Assembly (NCBI GenBank): GCA_964625065.1
Contig: CAZUZL010000004.1
Span: 11,040-75,039, forward strand
Length of the DNA: 64,000 bases
Reading direction: 5' to 3'
DNA from: an uncultured Candidatus Saccharibacteria bacterium
GTDB lineage: Bacteria > Patescibacteriota > Minisyncoccia > Phycocordibacterales > UBA9973
The notes under the pieces were generated by a model, which made no database searches, had not been told where the DNA came from, and saw only the letters and a program-made list of their open reading frames with translations. Below, piece by piece: positions 57,250-64,000 of this stretch. Made by a program: the position numbers and the translations under genes. Position 1 is the stretch's first letter, and every line of letters starts with the position of its first letter.

Positions 57250-57828
57250 TTAACAACTACCTATGTTGTGTGGGTTAACAGACGGGCTTGTGGCTGAACA
57301 AGTTACGTATGGGTATATACCTGTAGCTGTTGGGTTTATCTGTATTATAAAATATCCAGCAGGACAAGATTCGGCAGACGTGCCTGTAACACGGGCCTTT
57401 GTCATGGTGCACCAGTTGCCTCGGCCTATATTTGTTGTTGCCCCACTTTTTAAAGTTAGTGTGTCTGTTGGTGTTACTGGGTAATTAATTGGGCTGTCAG
57501 TTATAGAAGCATCGTTACCTATGTAAACTTTATCGTTAAACCAAGCATTACCACTAAGTATACGCAAACTACCTGTTGGGTTTGTAGACACACTGGAACC
57601 AACCATCAACGGACCTCTTGAAAATATGTACCCCATAGACCCCAAGTAAGTTGAAGTTAGTCCGCCTAATTTTAGCTGGTCTTCGTTATCTATGTTTACA
57701 GGTTCGTCGGCATTACAGCCTGTTGCACCAGGTACACAACTTGGTGCAGTCCACGCAGCAAATGCAACACCAGCAAAAACAATTGAAGCTAGTATTATAG
57801 AAGGTATAAGTTGTTTAAAGTTTTTCAT
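57250..57828 (-). CDS. Secreted Cys-rich protein, MKNFKQ paralog 3 (short)
   Basis: AWTAPSC..CNADEPVN..QLKLGGL, TNIGRGNWCT. Confidence 0.75.
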   Translation of the reverse strand: MKNFKQLIPSIILASIVFAGVAFAAWTAPSCVPGATGCNADEPVNIDNEDQLKLGGLTSTYLGSMGYIFSRGPLMVGSSVSTNPTGSLRILSGNAWFNDKVYIGNDASITDSPINYPVTPTDTLTLKSGATTNIGRGNWCTMTKARVTGTSAESCPAGYFIIQINPTATGIYPYVTCSATSPSVNPHNIGSC

Positions 57829-57861
57829 GGTTATAGTATATCAAAAATTATATAATCTGGT

Positions 57862-58263
57862 TTATTTTTTCTTAGTTTGGTTTGCAGTTTCAGTTGCGCG
57901 TATGTCTACCATAAATTTTTCTGCTTCTGCTACATCAGCTGGGGTTAGTGGTGGTACAGATTTGGTAACTTCGTCCATGCGTTTCAAGGCTTGTTCTGTA
58001 TTAGCGTCCATTACACGCTGTTCTTTGTTTAACCAAAAACCGTTTTTCTGTGCATAAATAAAACCCAAAACTAACAGCACAGTAACAGCAACTACGGTTG
58101 CTATTTTTTTCTTGTCAGATGCACGTTGTTCTATGTTTTTGTTTTTATTTATAGTTTCGTCCAAACGTTGACGCGACAACATGGTGTCGTGCATTTTTTC
58201 TGCTTCTGCACGTTCTTGTTCTTTGATACGTGCAATATGTTGTTGAAGTTCTTCAGGTGGCAT
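57862..58263 (-). CDS. Hypothetical single-pass membrane protein
   Basis: Central TM; leaderless TATAAT-6-ATG. Confidence 0.7.
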   Translation of the reverse strand: MPPEELQQHIARIKEQERAEAEKMHDTMLSRQRLDETINKNKNIEQRASDKKKIATVVAVTVLLVLGFIYAQKNGFWLNKEQRVMDANTEQALKRMDEVTKSVPPLTPADVAEAEKFMVDIRATETANQTKKK

Positions 58264-58361
58264 GTGTGTATTATACCTTGAAGTAAAATTTTAAACAACA
58301 CGGCCCAGGTAAATATAGCAAATAAAAATGCACAACGTGTGTGCTTTTTACTATTGTTATA

Positions 58362-58826
58362 TTACGAGAATGAAAGTATGGTGTAGTGCATCATACCTTT
58401 GGGTGTGTTAAAGGTAACTTCCTGGTTTGCTTCTTTGTCTAATATTGCACTACCTAGTGGTGATGTGATAGATATTTTACCTAGACTTATATCTGCATCC
58501 TGTGGACCAACTAGTGTAAAAGTTTTTTCTTCTTTTGTGTCTAGCTTCATTAGCTTTACGGTGTTACCTACTGAAACATGTTTAGTTGCTGTGGTTCCAG
58601 CAAAAACGGTACTGGTTTTTAGTATGTGTTCTATTTCACGTATGCGGTCTTCTAGTTTACCTTGGGCTTCACGGGCTTCGTGGTATTCTGCGTTTTCAGA
58701 AAGGTCGCCTAGGGATTTTGCGTATTCCAATGCGGTTATTATTTCTTTTCTTTTAACGTTTTGTAATTCGTGTAGTTCTTTTTCAAGTTCTGTTTTACGT
58801 TCTTGTGATATAACATTTTTATCCAT
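58362..58826 (-). CDS. greA: Transcription elongation factor GreA
   Basis: GDLSENAEY, ISITSPLGSAIL. Confidence 0.96.
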   Translation of the reverse strand: MDKNVISQERKTELEKELHELQNVKRKEIITALEYAKSLGDLSENAEYHEAREAQGKLEDRIREIEHILKTSTVFAGTTATKHVSVGNTVKLMKLDTKEEKTFTLVGPQDADISLGKISITSPLGSAILDKEANQEVTFNTPKGMMHYTILSFS

Positions 58827-58871
58827 AATAATTAATAATACCACTTTGTATATTTTATGGCAACATATTTG

Positions 58872-60602
58872 TTAATTTGTTGTTGTAGGAACAGTATAAT
58901 TAATTCCCTTTTGCATAACGAAGTCAGGATATGTTGTATAAAGTTCCTCTATGGCAGTACGCATAGCGTGTGACGCAGGTATGTATGCAGTACCAGAACC
59001 GTCGTCCATTAACACCACAAAAGCGTATTCGGGTTTTTCATATGGGAAAAACCCTGTAATCCACGAGTTAACGCGACGTTTAGATATATCTGTCTGTGCA
59101 GTACCAGACTTACCAGCCATATGCAGGTATGGAAAGTTCAACGACTCACCAGTACCTGTGGTTATAACCATGCGTAGTGCTTCGTGTACTACTTGGTACT
59201 GTGCATCTGTAAATGGTAGTTGTTCTGTTTTTGTTAGTTCTGGGTTTGTTTCATTTAAACGTATATGCGGTGTTACTAATGTACCCCGACTAGCTATACC
59301 TGCCATTGCACGCACCATTTGCAACGGCGTTACCTGGAAACCGTATTGTCCGATCGATGTGTGGTATGTGTCGCCTACACGCCATGGGTCTTTGGGGAAA
59401 GTTTTTGCTTTCCATTCTACAGACGGCACTACACCAGCTAGTTCGCCGTCCATGTCTATTCCTGTTTTTAAACCTATACCAAAGTCCTTGGCATATTGGT
59501 TTATGCGGTCTATACCTAGACCCTTTTGGTCTTTGTAGCCACCACCTATTTCGTAAAAATATACGTTCGACGAAACTGCTATGGCTTTACGCATGTCTAC
59601 TAAACCGTGCGCGGCGTTGTCCTTGAAGACTGTGTTTTTAGTAGAGTCAAATGGGTTTGGTATTGTAATCTGTCCAGTACTTAAAATTTGTTTTAATGGG
59701 CTTATAATGTTTTCATTTAGTGCAGCTAACGCTAAATATGGTTTAACTATAGACCCAGGTGTGTACCGCCCTGCTATAGCGCGGTTAATAAAAACTTTTC
59801 TTTTGTCAGTAAAATAGTGCGATATTTTTTCGTTGTCAGTAGCTAGTGACATAACGTTCGAACTGTATTCAGGGTAGCTTGTTATAGCCACAACTTCACC
59901 TGTATGTATGTTCATTATTACACCTGCTCCGCCAGTATAACCTGCATCTGTAGCTAGTTTTTCTATGCCGTGGTACAGCGCAGTTTGCACACGGGCATCT
60001 ATAGACAACACCACATCTGTACCATGCACTGGTTCTTCGGTAATGTTTTCAGATAGAACTTTACCAGTTGCATCTGTTTCAAAATATTTTGCACCGTGTG
60101 TGCCCTCTAACTGTGTTGCATAATACGACTCGACACCGCTTTTACCAGTAAACTGTGTTTGCCAGTAGTTGCCCGATGCGTCTTTCTTAGGGTAGCCAAC
60201 ATAGCCCAACAGGTGCGCATAGCCGCCATCGTTTGTGTATATACGTTTCGAAAAAGCCTCACCTTCCTTCAACTTTTCATTCCATGCCAGGTTTACACCG
60301 TTTCTATCTGTTATCAAACCACGGTCGGCAAATATAGGTACTGATTCGAACGAATTTTTCTCACTTCTTGTTGCAAAATAGTCGCCTTTAGAAATCTGCA
60401 AATACCCTAACCTAAAAATACCACCAACACCAAAAACAAATGCAACTATAAAAATAATATTTAGTGCACGGTGTGGTATAGGTTGTTCTATACGGCCTTC
60501 CATTTGCTGTGTGTTGAACTGTGGCAAATTACGCGCGTCCAGCAGTATTTCGTCGGGGGCTATTTCATGGTAGTATTGTTTTTTTGGTTTCCAGAATTTC
60601 AT
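58872..60602 (-). CDS. mrdA: Penicillin-binding protein 2
   Basis: RGLITDRNG, PGSIVK, SSNVYFY, SIGQ, KSGTAQ. Confidence 0.88.
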   Translation of the reverse strand: MKFWKPKKQYYHEIAPDEILLDARNLPQFNTQQMEGRIEQPIPHRALNIIFIVAFVFGVGGIFRLGYLQISKGDYFATRSEKNSFESVPIFADRGLITDRNGVNLAWNEKLKEGEAFSKRIYTNDGGYAHLLGYVGYPKKDASGNYWQTQFTGKSGVESYYATQLEGTHGAKYFETDATGKVLSENITEEPVHGTDVVLSIDARVQTALYHGIEKLATDAGYTGGAGVIMNIHTGEVVAITSYPEYSSNVMSLATDNEKISHYFTDKRKVFINRAIAGRYTPGSIVKPYLALAALNENIISPLKQILSTGQITIPNPFDSTKNTVFKDNAAHGLVDMRKAIAVSSNVYFYEIGGGYKDQKGLGIDRINQYAKDFGIGLKTGIDMDGELAGVVPSVEWKAKTFPKDPWRVGDTYHTSIGQYGFQVTPLQMVRAMAGIASRGTLVTPHIRLNETNPELTKTEQLPFTDAQYQVVHEALRMVITTGTGESLNFPYLHMAGKSGTAQTDISKRRVNSWITGFFPYEKPEYAFVVLMDDGSGTAYIPASHAMRTAIEELYTTYPDFVMQKGINYTVPTTTN

Positions 60603-60610
60603 ATATATTT

Positions 60611-60886
60611 TTATGTTCTGGTAAATACTTTTCTAAGCAGAAAAACACCGACCACCAGCACAGCCCCTAGTGCATACACATGTTGCACACCGTAGAAATA
60701 TTGCACGGGTATAGCATATATATAGTCTGCAAATATACCAACGGCTATATATTCGTATGGTATGTAACGCGCAAAAAAACCAAATCCAACAAACAGAACA
60801 AACAAAACCCACCATGGCAAAACTACTGCCACCAGCAGTAAAAACGCACCCAGTATTAGCCTTTTATAAAGTTTGTTTTCTAGCAT
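60611..60886 (-). CDS. Small membrane protein, possibly MreD-like
   Basis: Hydrophobic, GIFADY motif, immediately upstream of mrdA. Confidence 0.55.
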   Translation of the reverse strand: MLENKLYKRLILGAFLLLVAVVLPWWVLFVLFVGFGFFARYIPYEYIAVGIFADYIYAIPVQYFYGVQHVYALGAVLVVGVFLLRKVFTRT

Positions 60887-60913
60887 TTATTTTTATGCGT
60901 CTTTCTTATTACC

Positions 60914-60960
60914 TGATTCTGCGGAATCATGTCGGACCAACGTTCCTTTAAAGGGCCGAC
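60914..60960 (-). repeat. Two-hairpin dispersed element copy
   Basis: Minus strand gtcggccctttaaaggaacgttggtccgacatgattccgcagaatc, closely matching the tsaD-internal copy. Confidence 0.8.
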
Positions 60961-60976
60961 CCTAATTTGCAACAGA

Positions 60977-61348
60977 CTACTTCTTTTTTCCAAAAAGGCC
61001 TTTTAGTAACAAAAGTGATGCAACCACGATAATACCATAAAACAGCATGATATGTGTAAACACATACAGCCCTGCATTATATGCATAGTATTGTACGTAT
61101 GCCACGGGTCCAGCAAACGGCGACTGTGTTGTAGTTGGCACCTGAACACGCAGGTAGTCTGGCAAACTTTGTTGAATAGCATTTTGCAATGCTTGTTTTT
61201 GGTAGTCTTGGAAAAGTTTAACTGGGTCTACACCCTTAGCCTGGCCTTCTAGTTGTTTTTGTTTAACTGTCCATGTAACTATGTGTTGTTGACGAAAATC
61301 TTCGACTTTTTTTACTGGACCTATAGAAAGTAAATTATTAGTTGCCAT
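60977..61348 (-). CDS. Hypothetical protein with C-terminal TM
   Basis: 123-aa ORF. Confidence 0.65.
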   Translation of the reverse strand: MATNNLLSIGPVKKVEDFRQQHIVTWTVKQKQLEGQAKGVDPVKLFQDYQKQALQNAIQQSLPDYLRVQVPTTTQSPFAGPVAYVQYYAYNAGLYVFTHIMLFYGIIVVASLLLLKGLFGKKK

Positions 61349-61440
61349 ATATATTATGTTTTATATTAATGTACTTATTATACCCTGCAACTTAAGTTTT
61401 CCAAAACAAAAACCACCTTTTGGTGGTTTTTGTTTTTTTA

Positions 61441-62178
61441 TTATTTTACTGTAAACACTGTTCGCACAGTAACCATAATGTTTTTGTCTATAGACGAAGT
61501 GTCGTATGTACCATAGTCAGAAATTTGTATCGAGTTTAGTGGCAACACTTGCACAACACCAGCTGAAGCAGAACGCAAGTTACCTATAGTTCCACCAGCA
61601 GACTGCGCTAATGTTGTTGCACGAGATTTCGCATCTTTAACGGCGTCGGCCAACATTGCTACGCGTTCTTCTGGAAGTTTAGAATAAAGGTAGTCTACAT
61701 TTCTTGTTATAAACATTACACCTTTGTTTAGTAGTGTCTGGTTGTTTTTAGCAAGGTCTGTAATTTTATTTATTTGTTCGTCACCCACACCATTAACAGT
61801 TACAGTTTGTGACACTGTGTATTCTTTCTCAGTATATTGTGGCGTGTCGTAGTTTTGCATTAGCTGTGGTATGCCTATAACAATAGATTCGTCTGGTATA
61901 CCTGAAGTTTTCAAATATGCTTTAACTTGCACCAGGTCAGATGCAACTTGGGCATAGCCGTCTTTAACTGCTGAAATTTTAACTACACGACTTATATCTG
62001 CATTCCATTTTATGGTATCAGACTTAACTTGTTTAGTAGTAGAACCAACAACTGTAATGTTATTAGAACTAAGGTTAGATGTGGCAATACGTGCACCGAG
62101 TACAAATGCGACAATAATACATATACCGGCAACTAGGGCTACGGGCAACAAGGGGCTTTTTAACATAGGATGTTCCAT
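61441..62178 (-). CDS. SIMPL (DUF541) domain protein
   Basis: ITVVGS..VKSD, AVKDAKSRA, GTYDTSSIDK. Confidence 0.85.
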   Translation of the reverse strand: MEHPMLKSPLLPVALVAGICIIVAFVLGARIATSNLSSNNITVVGSTTKQVKSDTIKWNADISRVVKISAVKDGYAQVASDLVQVKAYLKTSGIPDESIVIGIPQLMQNYDTPQYTEKEYTVSQTVTVNGVGDEQINKITDLAKNNQTLLNKGVMFITRNVDYLYSKLPEERVAMLADAVKDAKSRATTLAQSAGGTIGNLRSASAGVVQVLPLNSIQISDYGTYDTSSIDKNIMVTVRTVFTVK

Positions 62179-62309
62179 ATATTTTTCAATTAGATTAGTA
62201 CATATATAGTATACCACTAATCAGCAACCCCTGTGGAAAACCCAGGGGTTCAACAACTTTTTAAAATATAATATATTAATTAAATAAAGTGATATAATTA
62301 AATATACTT

Positions 62310-63023
62310 ATGACATATACTAAAGAATTTTTTGAATTTCAATTACAGTTTGCAGAACGTGTTGCATTAGTAAGTCAGAAAAATATAGAGGGCACTCTTC
62401 TTGAATATACTAATTTTTACAAAGCTTTTAATATACAGGATTGGGAATTTAACCCTGAAAACCCTATTTGGAAAAGTTTTATACAAAAATTTATATCAAC
62501 AGACAATAAACTTGATGCAATATATAATTATTACTTAGAAAATATAATTAACACCCCTGAAGTAAAATTATTCGGTTTTTTTAGTTATGATTTTGAAAAG
62601 GAAGAAAACTATATACAAATTCACTTTAAAGGAAATGGTCAACCTAATGCTCTATCAGTAGAAAATATTGAAAAAAGGAAAATGGAACTAAATACAATGT
62701 TTACAGAAATAAAAGAAAAACATCCAGACGTTGAAAAAGTATGTGGTTTTTCTTGGTTATATAATTTAGATTCTTATAAAAGGCTTTTCCCTACGGAATA
62801 TACATCTAATTTAAAAACAGTTCCTAATTACTTTAAAACTTTAGCAATATGGGGCCAGTTTGTTGATTACAAAGGTAATCTAAGAACTGAAAATGCAGAA
62901 ATGTTTAAAACATGCATAAAACAAAAAGAAAGTCTTGAAGGAATACTATTTTGTTTTCCATATTATATACTTGAACCAGAATCAGACATAAAATTCTTTT
63001 ACAAATTTTACAACGTAATCTAA
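62310..63023 (+). CDS. Hypothetical protein
   Basis: FFEFQLQFA..GFSWLYNLDSYKRLFP..WGQF; AT-rich. Confidence 0.7.
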   Translation: MTYTKEFFEFQLQFAERVALVSQKNIEGTLLEYTNFYKAFNIQDWEFNPENPIWKSFIQKFISTDNKLDAIYNYYLENIINTPEVKLFGFFSYDFEKEENYIQIHFKGNGQPNALSVENIEKRKMELNTMFTEIKEKHPDVEKVCGFSWLYNLDSYKRLFPTEYTSNLKTVPNYFKTLAIWGQFVDYKGNLRTENAEMFKTCIKQKESLEGILFCFPYYILEPESDIKFFYKFYNVI

Positions 63024-63059
63024 TACATCAGGGAGTGAGTCCCTGATGTATCCACAGGT

Positions 63060-63308
63060 TTAAAGTGCTTGTTTTATCAGATTTAATTTTTCTGTTCTTG
63101 ATAACCTTTTTAACTCGCCTTCGCGTTTACGTACTTCTACATAGGTTTGTAATTCTTCTGAATACACCAACACCACCGGTCGGCGTATTTTGGTATAGTG
63201 TGCCCCACTTTTTAGATTGTTGTGTTCGTGCAGGCGTTTTTCAAGTTTGTTAGTACTGCCCACATACAACGTTTCGTCAGCGCATTTTAGTATATAGACA
63301 AAATACAT
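63060..63308 (-). CDS. GIY-YIG nuclease family protein (UPF0213-like)
   Basis: YFVYILKCADETLYVGST..RLHEHN..GAHYTKIRRP. Confidence 0.9.
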   Translation of the reverse strand: MYFVYILKCADETLYVGSTNKLEKRLHEHNNLKSGAHYTKIRRPVVLVYSEELQTYVEVRKREGELKRLSRTEKLNLIKQAL

Positions 63309-63324
63309 AATTGAAATATATATC

Positions 63325-64000
63325 TTAATTATAGTATTTTACTTTTTCTATTGATCTATCTTCGTGGATAATTCTATTATTACTAAAAAAACCAATTGCT
63401 TTTGACAGTTGTTTATATTTTTCTTCTAGTACTATTTGTTTTTCATTAGAGATATTTGTTTCTCTATTTAAAACTTCTAATTTCTTAAAAATATCTCCTA
63501 GGGCTGCTTTTGCTGGTTTACGAACAGGGTGGTTCATTGCGTCTTCCAGAGTTGTTTCAATAATTGAATTCAAAACATCCAAAGAATAATTTTGTTCAAA
63601 AGAATCCATAATTGATTCTAATTCTGCAACTTCAATTCCTGATTCTCTTAAATTTTCAGTGTTCTCAATATTTTTCTGCAAACCTCGCATCATTTCTTCC
63701 TCAGCCAAAATTGCCGGCTTAACTTGGTTGAAATTTTCACCTGTAAGTTCATTTTGAAGATTATTTCTTTGATCTTGATCTTCTTTATATTGTTCTAGTA
63801 ATTCGTCTTTTTTATCAGTATTTTCTATATTTTTTTGCTCATCGACATTTTTCTTAGACTCATTGTTTTCAATTGAAACTTCTATGCGTTCCCCTTTTGT
63901 ATTGTTTTCTGGGTTTATTTTAAACCAAGATTTTAATTCTTCATCATATACTGCAGCATTAAACCCATAGTATGGAATACCGTCTTCATCATATTCAGAT
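63325..64000 (-). CDS. Hypothetical protein, 5' part beyond window end
   Basis: Frame of ORF 63325-63708 stays open to base 63999. Confidence 0.7.
   Translation of the reverse strand, partial: SEYDEDGIPYYGFNAAVYDEELKSWFKINPENNTKGERIEVSIENNESKKNVDEQKNIENTDKKDELLEQYKEDQDQRNNLQNELTGENFNQVKPAILAEEEMMRGLQKNIENTENLRESGIEVAELESIMDSFEQNYSLDVLNSIIETTLEDAMNHPVRKPAKAALGDIFKKLEVLNRETNISNEKQIVLEEKYKQLSKAIGFFSNNRIIHEDRSIEKVKYYN

Noticed and set aside
1-64000. Alternative genetic code (UGA=Gly), prophage or IS element
   Set aside because: Long conserved genes are uninterrupted under code 11; no integrase, transposase or virion genes recognised

Overview
Chromosomal window of a reduced-genome bacterium, most consistent with Patescibacteria/CPR (Parcubacteria-like). 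This is inferred from the split, minimal dcw cluster, short ValRS, pervasive leaderless genes, tRNAs lacking encoded CCA and abundant small palindromic repeats; the genetic code is standard. Housekeeping genes are ftsA/ftsZ, trxB, tsaD, valS, lepA, murJ, leuS, ychF, mraZ-rsmH-ftsL-ftsI, lysS, greA, mrdA and four tRNAs. They are interleaved with AT-rich orphan genes, a compact ldh-glycerate kinase-eno-pyk operon, a histidine ammonia-lyase-like/HisRS pair and large repetitive surface proteins. The most notable candidate system is a solo leaderless PemK/MazF-fold toxin gene with no protein antitoxin. It is faced by a convergent TTGACA-16-TATAAT promoter driving a ~55-60 nt three-way-junction small RNA, a candidate RNA antitoxin (type III-like). 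Also striking are several families of miniature palindromic elements. Some sit exactly in or against -10 promoter boxes (one family has a TATA duplication and supplies a new -35), and others are inserted in-frame in tsaD, leuS and valS. No CRISPR array, rRNA or transposase was seen. All calls are by eye, without database searches.
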